57,237 nucleotides of DNA from Candidatus Hadarchaeota archaeon (GCA_964621445.1 CAZUNO010000005.1:1-57237), one strand, 5' to 3'. Numbered from the stretch's first letter, positions 28,308 through 37,872 are shown. Numbers and translations are program-made. Notes: generated by a model not told the origin, from the letters alone.

Positions 28308-28805
28308 GTGGAACTGCACTGGACGACGCTCCCTGGCGGGGAAGACCTGGTCGACTTTCTCTCCCAACCCCTCGATCCCCAGTTAATATGCTCGGTTCTC
28401 AACCAGGAAAGCATATCATCATACTTTGATGAAAGATTAAACCACATCTCCATATCCCTCCACCCCCGGGAAAAGGGACTGGAGATGGTTCTTGAGGACC
28501 GGAGGCCGGGAGGAAGGGACCACAGTGTATACCGTTTCGAGGAGAGGCATATGCTCATGCTGGCCACCGGGTTCACCGAGGTCCGCAGGGGGAGGGAGGT
28601 GCAGACCGGCGAGTTTGAATGCCAGAACTGCCTCCAGATCCTCCCCGGCCACAGCACCAGCTGCAGCTCGTGTGGTTCCACGGAGCTTTCCCTCGCCACC
28701 ATCCCATCATTCATAACCTACACCCGATTCGAATCCGACCTCGACAGGAGCAATGAGGAATTTATGACATCTCTTTGGAAGATGCTTCTAAGGCTCTCCC
28801 ACTGA
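28308..28805 (+). CDS. Hypothetical protein with a zinc ribbon
   Basis: FECQNC...CSSCGS; co-oriented in the operon. Confidence 0.65.
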   Translation: MELHWTTLPGGEDLVDFLSQPLDPQLICSVLNQESISSYFDERLNHISISLHPREKGLEMVLEDRRPGGRDHSVYRFEERHMLMLATGFTEVRRGREVQTGEFECQNCLQILPGHSTSCSSCGSTELSLATIPSFITYTRFESDLDRSNEEFMTSLWKMLLRLSH

Positions 28806-28849
28806 GACTCCGAATGATTTTTTAGCTATCTCCACCGTGAAAACGGTCG

Positions 28850-29539
28850 ATGTGTCCCTCTCAGGAAGATATGAAGCGAGCTGCGGGTTTCAAGGCAGCG
28901 GAGATGGTTGAGGACGGCATGGTCCTGGGACTGGGAAGCGGGTCCACCGTTTTCTACGCCCTGAAAAGGCTGGGTAAAAGAATAAGAGAGGAATCGCTGG
29001 ACATCCTGGGCATTCCCACCTCCAGGGGAACCGAGAAAGCGGCCCGGGATTTCGGCATCCCTTTAACAACCCTATCCGAGCAAGGGAAGATCGACCTGGA
29101 CATAGACGGCGCTGACGAGGTGGACGAGAACCTGGACCTCATAAAGGGAGGGGGTGGGGCCCACGTACGGGAAAAGATCGTGGCCACCGCATCGGCCAGG
29201 CTGGTCGTCATCGTGGATGAGACCAAGCTGGTCAAACGCCTGGGAGAGAGATGGCCGGTCCCCGTGGAGGTGGTTCCTTTCGCCTCAACCCCGGTATCCC
29301 GTCGTGTGGAGGACATGGGCGCCAGGACGGAACTCAGGACGGGTGACGGGAATCGGAAATTCGAAACCGATAACGGGAACCTAATTCTGGACTGTCACTT
29401 CGGGATCATCGATCAGCCCTCCAGGCTGGAACGGAAGCTCAAACTGATACCCGGAGTGGTGGATAGCGGGATATTCACGGGAATGACCGACCGCGTGGTC
29501 GTGGGGGAAGGGCAGGGGACCAGGATCATCGAGGCCTAA
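28850..29539 (+). CDS. rpiA: Ribose-5-phosphate isomerase A
   Basis: GLGSGST, DGADEVD, IKGGGGAHVREKIV, TDNGN. Confidence 0.96.
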   Translation: MCPSQEDMKRAAGFKAAEMVEDGMVLGLGSGSTVFYALKRLGKRIREESLDILGIPTSRGTEKAARDFGIPLTTLSEQGKIDLDIDGADEVDENLDLIKGGGGAHVREKIVATASARLVVIVDETKLVKRLGERWPVPVEVVPFASTPVSRRVEDMGARTELRTGDGNRKFETDNGNLILDCHFGIIDQPSRLERKLKLIPGVVDSGIFTGMTDRVVVGEGQGTRIIEA

Positions 29540-30459
29540 TCCACGACTCCGAGAAGGAGAAGGAAGATACCGGAAGCGGTTATATCGGCCAGAGTTCCCG
29601 GGTTCAGATCCCTTTTCCGTAGAAACCCGTCCAGCTCCAGGGCGCCCTGGATCCAGCTATCGGAAAATGCCTCCCTCCGCATGATGGCCTGGGCCCGGCT
29701 CTTAACCGATGAGGCAACCTCCTTCCCTGCCTGCCGGGCAATCAACGAGTCCTGGTGACTGGATAACAGCCACATGAAGGTGGCCCCGCAGGCCTGCTTG
29801 GGGTCCCCCAGGTCCCTGATGTAAGCCAGATACCTCCGAGCCGTTTTCAGGGAAAGACCGTAACCCTCCAAAACGTCCCTGGCCACCAGATCATAGGTCA
29901 CCGATGGGGCTAGAAGTTCCTTGAGGGTGATATTCTCCGCCCTTATCCTATCCTCCAGTTCGGGGTCAAGGAGATCCAGACCCCTTCCCTCCCTGGTCAT
30001 TGAGGAGTGTTCCAGGCCACCCACGTTGCAGTGTCGAATCGACCTACAGAAGTAGACCGCATCCTGGGGCCCGGAGCCATCCACCACCGAGCCTGCAACC
30101 TCGATCACCGAGTCCCGTGCGGATGCCCGGACCGCAGCTAAGCCAACTGGAATCTCGATCAACAGGGTCCCGAAGATTGTGTTCCTGCCCTCAGGAATGG
30201 CTTTCCTTGAACCTTCTAGAAGCGCCCCGCCCCACAGGCCCCGGGTACCGTCCGCTTCCCTTCCCTCACGGTAGATACGGGACAGTGGCTCGTCGATATT
30301 CAGGGCGGAGTAAATGAAGTCATGGTAACCTATATCCTCGAATCCCCTTATCTCGGTGACATTTCCCGGCTTGGGCTCACCGCTTACCTCAAGTAGCACC
30401 GACATCTGGTGGGCGTGGACTATGGAATCGATCTCCGGGAAGAGATACTCATCGGACAA
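29536..30459 (-). CDS. CitG/MdcB-family triphosphoribosyl-dephospho-CoA synthase-like protein
   Basis: LEVSGEPKPGNV, NTIFG, DSLIAR, NPGTLADITA. Confidence 0.85.
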   Translation of the reverse strand: MSDEYLFPEIDSIVHAHQMSVLLEVSGEPKPGNVTEIRGFEDIGYHDFIYSALNIDEPLSRIYREGREADGTRGLWGGALLEGSRKAIPEGRNTIFGTLLIEIPVGLAAVRASARDSVIEVAGSVVDGSGPQDAVYFCRSIRHCNVGGLEHSSMTREGRGLDLLDPELEDRIRAENITLKELLAPSVTYDLVARDVLEGYGLSLKTARRYLAYIRDLGDPKQACGATFMWLLSSHQDSLIARQAGKEVASSVKSRAQAIMRREAFSDSWIQGALELDGFLRKRDLNPGTLADITASGIFLLLLGVVD

Positions 30460-30462
30460 GGG

Positions 30463-32118
30463 CTAACCCTTTCTCCTCCGGTCAAGGGCTGACTCTATCA
30501 GTCCACAGAACAATGGAGCCGGGGTGAGTGGCCGTGAAAGGAACTCGGGATGTCCCTGGGTGCCGACGAAGTAGGGGTGACCATCCAGTTCGAAGAACTC
30601 CATCAGCACCCCGTCCGGCGACCTGCCCACGAACCGGAGGCCGGCCTTGTCGATGGTTTCCGAGTAATCGGGGTTGACCTCGTATCTGTGGCGATGCCTT
30701 TCGTGGACCGTGTTATCCCCGTTCATCCTTTCCAACTTCCGGTACAGGTCGGCGATCTTTGAGTTACCATTAAGCTTGGCCGGGTAGGAACCGAGCCTCA
30801 TGCTTGCCCCATAATTTTCCTTCCGGATGATCTCCTCCTGCTCGGGAAGAATATCTATTACCGGGTGATCGGTCTGGGGATCGAACTCGGTGGTGTGAGC
30901 TCCCTCCAGATCCAGCTCCTTTCTGGAAAACTCAATTACGGCGCATTGAAATCCGAAACAGATGCCAAGGGAGGGTATATCATGTTCCCTGGTGTAGCCC
31001 AGGCTCAGGATCTTGCCCTCCACCCCGCTCTTTCCGAACCCGCCGGGGACTATGATACCGTCCTGCCGGTCCAGTAGCGTTAACGATTCCTGATCCTCCT
31101 CAAATTCCTTGGAGTCCAGCCAGTTGATCTTAACCGCGGCGTTGTACCTGGCACCGGCGTGGGTCAGGGCCTCGTTGATCGACACGTAACAGTCCGGAAG
31201 CCTGTAGTCACCTATATCCACGTACTTACCCACGATGGCGATCTCTAGCTCCTTCTCCGGGTTCTTCATCTTCTGGACCGTCTCCCGCCACTGGGAAAGG
31301 TCGGGGGTTCGGTATCTGGTGCCGAAACGCTCCTGTATCCTGTCCCCAAAGCCCTGTTCCTCGAAGATCAGTGGGAGTTCATATATACATTCTATATCGG
31401 GATTGGAGATTATATCCTGTGGATAGACATCACAGAACATGGATATCTTGCTCTTGCGCACCTCGTCCAACATCTCTCTAGACCTGCAGACGATGAAATC
31501 GGGGGGAAGCCCCTCCTCCCTCAGCTTCTTGACCGAGTGCTGGGTGGGCTTGGTCTTGGGCTCACCCAGATGCTCCGGTATGGGGACGTAGCTTACGTGA
31601 ACGTGCACCAGCGACCTGGGGCCCTCCTCCATCCTCATCTGCCTGATGGCCTCGGTGTAGTGAAGGTTTTCGTAATCCCCCACCACCCCGCCTATCTCCA
31701 GGATCAGTATATCTACCTTCTCCGATACGGCCACTTCACGTACCCTTCGCTTGACCTCATCGGTTATGTGGGGTATGAACTGAACGGTCTTGCCCAGGTA
31801 CTTGCCCTGTCTCTCATTCTGTATGACCTGGCCGTATATCTGTCCCGAGGTTATGTTGTGGCTCTTGGGAATGTCCTGGTCCAGGAATCTCTCGTAATGT
31901 CCCAGATCCTCGTCTATCTCCCCACCATCCGAGGTCACCCATACCTCTCCGTGTTCCGTGGGGCGAAGGGTACCGGCATCTATGTTGAAATAGCCGTCTG
32001 CCTTAATCACCGTGACCTGGTGACCCCTGGCCTGCATCATCCTGCCGATGGACGCAGCGGTTATCCCCTTTCCGAGGCCGCTCATCACACCCCCGGTGAC
32101 CACGATATATCGGGTCAT
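30463..32118 (-). CDS. pyrG: CTP synthase
   Basis: TGGVMSGLGKG, HGEVWV..DGGEIDEDLGHYERF, KTKPTQHSV, VPGGFG, GICFG, ERHRHRYE, QGHPEF. Confidence 0.97.
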   Translation of the reverse strand: MTRYIVVTGGVMSGLGKGITAASIGRMMQARGHQVTVIKADGYFNIDAGTLRPTEHGEVWVTSDGGEIDEDLGHYERFLDQDIPKSHNITSGQIYGQVIQNERQGKYLGKTVQFIPHITDEVKRRVREVAVSEKVDILILEIGGVVGDYENLHYTEAIRQMRMEEGPRSLVHVHVSYVPIPEHLGEPKTKPTQHSVKKLREEGLPPDFIVCRSREMLDEVRKSKISMFCDVYPQDIISNPDIECIYELPLIFEEQGFGDRIQERFGTRYRTPDLSQWRETVQKMKNPEKELEIAIVGKYVDIGDYRLPDCYVSINEALTHAGARYNAAVKINWLDSKEFEEDQESLTLLDRQDGIIVPGGFGKSGVEGKILSLGYTREHDIPSLGICFGFQCAVIEFSRKELDLEGAHTTEFDPQTDHPVIDILPEQEEIIRKENYGASMRLGSYPAKLNGNSKIADLYRKLERMNGDNTVHERHRHRYEVNPDYSETIDKAGLRFVGRSPDGVLMEFFELDGHPYFVGTQGHPEFLSRPLTPAPLFCGLIESALDRRRKG

Positions 32119-32258
32119 GCCGTCCACCTCTGGGGTTTAAGATTCTGGGCTGAGAATAGGTTTGGGAGCTTCGGTCGCTTAGTCACGCGCATGTCTAAGA
32201 ATGACTTCACAGACTATTATACCTTTTGGAGGTTGCCAGTCGTCTCCTCCTAGCGCCT

Positions 32259-33002
32259 TCAAGTGAAATCCCGGGGGTCAATCAGGTCCGCCGCGGTCAC
32301 CCCTACACGCCGGAGCTGGGCCGGGAAATCTTCAGGGTAGGCTATCTCCCTGGGCTTATGTGAGTCCCCGCCCAGGCTGAACCTGACCCCTTTCTCCCTT
32401 CCCAGGTCCACCAGATGGCTGAAGAATTCGGGTGCCGCCTGGGGATACCCCGGCTTGAACTCGAAGGCCAGATCATTCCCGCCAGCCTGGGCCAGAATGT
32501 CCTCCAGCCTATCCCAGTCGTAATGGCCAAGGACCTCCATGGGGTCCATGAACTTACCTATCTTGCTGTGGAGAAAGGGATGGGCCACCACGTCGGCATG
32601 TCCCCAGTCCAGGACCCCCTCCAGCATATCTAGATAGTGATCGGCATATCCCTCTGGTTCCCTTGGATCCGGGTTCTCCACATGGGAAAGATGGTAGTGG
32701 TTAGCCGATACCATCGTGTAGTCCAGGTTCTCGGCCACCTCGTCTGAAACCGCTACGCACCGGGGCGAGATGACCGTCGCCTCACACCCCACCAGGAAAG
32801 AACATCTCCATTCCCCCTCAGCCAGGTCATCCCTGTTGGCCTCCGGTTTCCAGTTATCTTCGGACCTATCTATATGGTCGGAGATGCCCACGAACTTTAG
32901 CTCCGAGGCCCATGCCCTACTATCTATGGTCTCCAGGGTCATTTCCTGGCTGGCGCAAAGCGATCTATGGCTGTGAACGTGCAGGTTGAAATCGATATAC
33001 AG
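32259..33002 (-). CDS. PHP-family phosphoesterase (probable CTG start)
   Basis: In-frame FNLHVHSHRS upstream of the first ATG; GISDH, VGCE, VVAHP, GGDSH. Confidence 0.82.
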   Translation of the reverse strand: MYIDFNLHVHSHRSLCASQEMTLETIDSRAWASELKFVGISDHIDRSEDNWKPEANRDDLAEGEWRCSFLVGCEATVISPRCVAVSDEVAENLDYTMVSANHYHLSHVENPDPREPEGYADHYLDMLEGVLDWGHADVVAHPFLHSKIGKFMDPMEVLGHYDWDRLEDILAQAGGNDLAFEFKPGYPQAAPEFFSHLVDLGREKGVRFSLGGDSHKPREIAYPEDFPAQLRRVGVTAADLIDPRDFT

Positions 33003-33016
33003 GTAACCACCATCAT

Positions 33017-33748
33017 TCAGAAGTTCTCCAGGGTGAGTTGGGACTCAACTCCTACCTCGCCCCGGGTCACGTATCTTCCTATGGTGGCCCTGAGGTCGTA
33101 GGCATATAGGTTTTTCCTGTGCATGAGGTATAGTATCCCGCCCCTGGTGTCCTCGACACTTCCCTTTACCGCATCCCCACCGGTGATGATGGGCCTGGGG
33201 AGGTCACCAAGGGAGGGATTCTGGTACTCGGCCCTCATATCGGCTATCTTCAGGTTCTCGAATCCAAGCTCCCTTAGTCCTTCCCTGGCCCTTTCCACCC
33301 CGCCGGATTTGGAAAGGGAACGGACCTTCTCCTCGAACCTAACCCCCATTCTGATTCCCTTCTCGGCCGAGACCCTTCTCTCCGCCCTTCGGGCCTTGAG
33401 CCCGTCCTCAAACCTTGACACCCTGGCCGAGAACTCGGCGCCCTGCTCCCTCATCCGCCGCCTATAGCGCTTCTCCTTAGTGACGCCAACCTTGACCATA
33501 TCCCCGAAAAACGCCAGGTACAGAACGTGGGTAACCAGACAGCTGGGGCGCCCCTTCAAACACCGGGTTCCATCACAGCGGGCACAGGGACCCGGTTCCT
33601 TTTTCGGAGAGGGGAGGCCCCTGAATCCGAGGGAGACCTGCTCCCCTCTCCTAAAGGGCAAGATAGTATTCCCTCCATCATCGGAGATCAACTTCAATCC
33701 CTCCACGCCTTGGGGCATGAAGGCTATTCCATCGATAATCGACGACAA
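33017..33748 (-). CDS. DUF2797-like protein
   Basis: Cys cluster followed by HVLYLA...VKVGVT...RMREQGA; C-terminal YDLRATIG. Confidence 0.7.
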   Translation of the reverse strand: MSSIIDGIAFMPQGVEGLKLISDDGGNTILPFRRGEQVSLGFRGLPSPKKEPGPCARCDGTRCLKGRPSCLVTHVLYLAFFGDMVKVGVTKEKRYRRRMREQGAEFSARVSRFEDGLKARRAERRVSAEKGIRMGVRFEEKVRSLSKSGGVERAREGLRELGFENLKIADMRAEYQNPSLGDLPRPIITGGDAVKGSVEDTRGGILYLMHRKNLYAYDLRATIGRYVTRGEVGVESQLTLENF

Positions 33749-33892
33749 GGTACTAGCGGGTGTTCAAAAGATCAGAAAAATGTAGCTACCTGGCGGGGAA
33801 AAATCGGATGGAAGGCGCTCGCCGGCGGAAAAAAGGCTTCAGGTAATCCATAAAACGAAAAACGTTCATCTGAGCATTCTATTGCCTCACTC

Positions 33893-33907
33893 GGAAACAT
33901 TTATATG
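33893..33907 (+). promoter_or_regulatory. Putative BRE/TATA promoter of the ABC operon
   Basis: GGAAACATTTATATG about 65 nt upstream of the ATG at 33970. Confidence 0.5.
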
Positions 33908-33969
33908 AATTTTGAAGGGGAACCGATGTCTAGAAGCCACGTTTTTTCGAACCTCTAGGGGTAACATTC

Positions 33970-35922
33970 ATGGGCTCAATCTCGATAGCAATCCGAGACC
34001 TAAGGCGTCGTCCTCTCATAACGTCTGTAACCGTTCTTAGCATCACACTCGCCATCTCTGCCTTTTTATGCATACTTCCATTGGCCGAGAACTTCCAGAT
34101 AGCGGTGGGTACAGCTATGAACCTCCAGATGTATGCCGCCGAACCGAAAACCATTACCAAAATACTCTATCCCTTCCGACAGCCCAACACCCCGGTAAGC
34201 AGCATAGAGAGAATCGGGGAACTCGATGGTGTTGAGCTCGTCAACCCCAGAACCGAGTTTATCGCGGAGGACCCCAGGGGGTATATGGAGGTCAATGGTA
34301 CCCCCATAGCCGGGAAACTCACCTCTTTGGAAAGGAGGATGGAGGGCAAGCCCATAAGCATCTATGGAATCCAGCCCGAGTCCGAGGACCGGTGGTGGCA
34401 GGAAGTGGTCACCGGGGACGGGAGCTCGTTTAGCGACTTCGTGAGCAATGGCTCCTACCTCTCCTCCCCGGGCGAGTGCATGATCGGGCTTGACATGTCC
34501 ATATACTTCCATGAAAGGTTCCAGAAGAACGGAATCGGTTACATCAAACCGGGCGACGAGATAACCCTGGAACCGGGAATGCTGGCCACCCGAGGAACAA
34601 CTGGAGGAGCGACCCACGGAAACGTTACCCTGAAGGTGGCGGGACTGTTCAGCACCCTTAACCAACCGGGCCTGGTGGAAACCAATAGACCCGAGCAGGC
34701 CTGGTCCGGCAATGCCATAGTAATTCACATCGAGGACGCGGAGAAACTATTCCGGATGGAGGAAAACACGGTCTCCCGTATATATGTCAAGTATGACGAG
34801 GAGGCCGAGGGGACCAAGATTATCAACAACGTCATCATACCCATGCGAAAGATGCTGGATATAAGCCCCTTCTTCATCACCCCAACCGGTGCCGGCACCA
34901 TGGGAAGCACCAAGTTGGCCAACACCACCACCATCATCATCGCCTTCGTGGCCGTGGCCGTGGTAATAATGAACATGATGTTCACCAGGGTCTATGAGAG
35001 GGTCCGGGATATCGGCATCATGGGAAGTTTCGGGGCCACCGTTTTCAGGATTATGAGCATATTTATGACCCAGGCCGTGGTTCTGGGCCTGATTGGAGGT
35101 ACTCTGGGTCTGGGAGTGGCCTTCCTGGCCAGCCAGCTATATCCCAATCTGATAACTCTCAACTTTACGGTCTCCCTGATTGTCTCGCCGCTGTTTCTCG
35201 CCGTTGGCGTGGCCCTGGTATCATCGATCATACCGGCCTTTAGGGCCGCCATGTACGATCCCTTGACCTCCATACGATACGGGCTGGAGGCCGCCTCGGA
35301 AAGCTTTGTCACCAAGTACATGAACCCCATTTACAAGAAACTCACCAAGATGGAATTCCTGAAGAAACGGATCTACACGTCCATGGCCCTCAGGAACCTC
35401 CTGAGAAGGTTCACCCGATCCCTACTGGCCACCCTGGGAATCGCCATAGGAATCGGTCTCTTCGTGCAGCTAATGATAACCTCACAGGCAATTAAGACCC
35501 AGATAGGCGGAGGCCTGGCCCAGGTAGAGGCCTACCAGACCGGTCTGGCCCTGGTGGCCATAGCCATCGGCGCTCTGGGAACCTTCAACACCATGATTAC
35601 CGCCGTTCTGGAGAGAACAGGCGAAATCGGAGCCATGGTGGCCATCGGTGGGGAACCCAAGCATATTCAGAGGATGTTCAGGGTGGAGGCCAGCGTCATA
35701 GGTCTGGTTGGTGGAATAATAGGAGCTTTCATAGGGCTAGCTGCAGCCGTGCTTCCCTTCCTCCTAACCTGGAACTTCCAGGGCCTGGACTGGGTGATGA
35801 TCCTGTCGATGATGGGACTCGGCATCCTGCTAGCAGTTGGCATTAGTTACTTATCCTCGTGGTACCCATCCAGAAAAGCTTCGGGCATGGCTCCAGCGGA
35901 GGCGTTTAAGCTTGAGTACTGA
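33970..35922 (+). CDS. MacB/LolE/FtsX-type ABC transporter permease with two FtsX units
   Basis: RDLRRRPL, VYERVRDIGIM.SFGA, PAFRAA..DP; second unit RNLLRRFTRS, VLERTGEIGAM.AIG, YPSRKAS...PAEA. Confidence 0.92.
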   Translation: MGSISIAIRDLRRRPLITSVTVLSITLAISAFLCILPLAENFQIAVGTAMNLQMYAAEPKTITKILYPFRQPNTPVSSIERIGELDGVELVNPRTEFIAEDPRGYMEVNGTPIAGKLTSLERRMEGKPISIYGIQPESEDRWWQEVVTGDGSSFSDFVSNGSYLSSPGECMIGLDMSIYFHERFQKNGIGYIKPGDEITLEPGMLATRGTTGGATHGNVTLKVAGLFSTLNQPGLVETNRPEQAWSGNAIVIHIEDAEKLFRMEENTVSRIYVKYDEEAEGTKIINNVIIPMRKMLDISPFFITPTGAGTMGSTKLANTTTIIIAFVAVAVVIMNMMFTRVYERVRDIGIMGSFGATVFRIMSIFMTQAVVLGLIGGTLGLGVAFLASQLYPNLITLNFTVSLIVSPLFLAVGVALVSSIIPAFRAAMYDPLTSIRYGLEAASESFVTKYMNPIYKKLTKMEFLKKRIYTSMALRNLLRRFTRSLLATLGIAIGIGLFVQLMITSQAIKTQIGGGLAQVEAYQTGLALVAIAIGALGTFNTMITAVLERTGEIGAMVAIGGEPKHIQRMFRVEASVIGLVGGIIGAFIGLAAAVLPFLLTWNFQGLDWVMILSMMGLGILLAVGISYLSSWYPSRKASGMAPAEAFKLEY

Positions 35923-35959
35923 CCTAGGAAAGCAACTCATCGAGATCAAGGGAAAATTC

Positions 35960-36868
35960 ATGGTTGACACCCGTAACCTCAACAAGACCTACAAGCTGGC
36001 AGGCGGGAAGGTGACCATAAATGCCCTTCAGAACGTCAACGTCAGAATAGAGAAGGGCGCATTCGCGGTGATGATCGGGCCCTCGGGGTCCGGCAAGACC
36101 ACCTTCCTCAACATGGTCAGCGGACTGGACTCTCCCACCAAGGGAGACATATTCGTGGGCGGCTTGAACATCACCAAGGGTGACAGGGACTTCCTCAACA
36201 TACTTAGACAGGAGACCATCGGTTTTATCCATCAGACATGGAACCTGGTGCCCCTGCTCACCGCGGTCGAGAACACCGAGCTGCCCCTGGAGATGGCCGG
36301 TGTTGACAAGGAGGACAGACGGGAAAGGGCCGAGGATGTACTGGACAGAGTGGGGCTGGGAAAGAGAATGGATCACCGACCGGTCGAGCTTTCCGGAGGA
36401 GAGCAGCAACGGGTGGGAATCGCCAGGGCCCTGGTATTCGATCCTCCCCTCATTCTGGCGGATGAACCCACGGCCAACCTGGACGCCAAGACCGGCCTGG
36501 AAATCATCTCACTGATGAAGGAACTGCAGGATGAGCACGACTCCACATTGCTGGTCAGCACACACGACCCCAAGATAACGGCCGAGGCTGATCTGATAAT
36601 CTACCTCCGTGATGGCAAGGTTGTCAACGAGGAGCTGCAGATGGAGGATGTAGAGCCGGCCAAGAAGGTTACCCTCAAGAGCGAGCACTCCCTGACCGAC
36701 CAGATGCTGGAGATACTGAACAGATTCGTGAGAGATGAACTCATTGGGCAGAGAGTGAAGAAGGGCGAGGACGTGGAGGCGGTTGAGATGCCCTTCGACG
36801 TAGTGGATACCGACCCCTCGGGTAGAGTTAGGATCATGAGACCCACGGAGGTCCAGATAGAGAATTAG
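35960..36868 (+). CDS. LolD/MacB-type ABC ATP-binding protein with an extra 70-aa C-terminal domain
   Basis: GPSGSGKT, LSGGEQQRV, ILADEPTANLD, STHD; tail from about 36656 resembles CDC48 domain 2. Confidence 0.93.
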   Translation: MVDTRNLNKTYKLAGGKVTINALQNVNVRIEKGAFAVMIGPSGSGKTTFLNMVSGLDSPTKGDIFVGGLNITKGDRDFLNILRQETIGFIHQTWNLVPLLTAVENTELPLEMAGVDKEDRRERAEDVLDRVGLGKRMDHRPVELSGGEQQRVGIARALVFDPPLILADEPTANLDAKTGLEIISLMKELQDEHDSTLLVSTHDPKITAEADLIIYLRDGKVVNEELQMEDVEPAKKVTLKSEHSLTDQMLEILNRFVRDELIGQRVKKGEDVEAVEMPFDVVDTDPSGRVRIMRPTEVQIEN

Positions 36869-36879
36869 GAGGAATTTGA

Positions 36880-37872
36880 ATGGCTACCATGAGAAGAACG
36901 GGCTATGCCGATGTATTTCGATATGTGGGCAATATACTTGCCCTGGTGGGATTCTTAGTAAGCATGTTCATAGCCATCAGGCTATACATGCTCCTTGGCG
37001 TAATCAACGACACCATTATCGCCGTGTTTATAATGGCCGGGGTTTCCGGGTCTCTTCTCGGGCTGCTCAAGTTCATGGGCAAGGGACTGGGCATCAAACT
37101 GGCCAGCGGGAAGTGTGAGCTTTGCGGGGTGGAGTTCGGACGTGATACGTGTCCCGAGTGTGGGCGCCAGTTTGGATACAACTGTGCCCATCCTGAATCA
37201 CCCCTCTCCGGTTACTGCGTTGACTGCATGACCTGCCCCATCTGTGGACAGGGACTGGCCAACGCCCACTGCCTGGTTTGCGGTAAATTCGTGTGCGAAA
37301 ACTGCTACGATGAGTCGACCTACAGGTGCATAGAATGTGCCGCCAAGGGCAAGGGCAAGAAGGTAAGGGTGAGGATGAAGAGGGGTTCCTCCAAGAAGAC
37401 CAGCTCCGATCTCGAGGACGCCAAGGTATTGGTCCTGGAACCCACAACGTTCCTCAGCTACAGGGCCACCGAACTCCTAAGAACGTTTGCCAAGGAGGAC
37501 ATAGTTGGAGAATCGGTGAGGGTTGGCGACGAGGTGGAGGCACTGGGATCGACCTTCAAGATAACCGCTACCCAGCCCCTGGGGCTGGTTAAGGTCATAC
37601 ACAGCACCTACGTAAACGTGGTGAACCCCGACGAGAGGAAGAGGGTAATCGAGGAACGAAAGCAGGGCGCCGAGAAGTGCAAGTCCTGCGACTCAGTTGC
37701 CGTTGACCACTGCCGTATATGTGAGGAACCGGTATGTGACAGGCACCGGATATTCTGCAGCTCATGTGGTTTCTACGTGTGTAAGGACCACTACATCCAG
37801 GAAAAAAACATGTGCACCCGGTGTGCTGGAGAGACCGAAAAGCCCGAGGCCGCCGCCACCGAGGCAACCTGA
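36880..37872 (+). CDS. Membrane-anchored multi-zinc-finger protein with an internal CDC48-domain-2-like module
   Basis: Two N-terminal TM helices; many CxxC/CxxH pairs flanking a 70-aa domain homologous to the ABC ATPase tail; GGAGG SD. Confidence 0.82.
   Translation: MATMRRTGYADVFRYVGNILALVGFLVSMFIAIRLYMLLGVINDTIIAVFIMAGVSGSLLGLLKFMGKGLGIKLASGKCELCGVEFGRDTCPECGRQFGYNCAHPESPLSGYCVDCMTCPICGQGLANAHCLVCGKFVCENCYDESTYRCIECAAKGKGKKVRVRMKRGSSKKTSSDLEDAKVLVLEPTTFLSYRATELLRTFAKEDIVGESVRVGDEVEALGSTFKITATQPLGLVKVIHSTYVNVVNPDERKRVIEERKQGAEKCKSCDSVAVDHCRICEEPVCDRHRIFCSSCGFYVCKDHYIQEKNMCTRCAGETEKPEAAATEAT

Noticed and set aside
29536-30459. Citrate lyase or malonate decarboxylase system
   Set aside because: Only a stand-alone CitG-like gene is present, which is common in archaea; no citCDEFX or mdc genes
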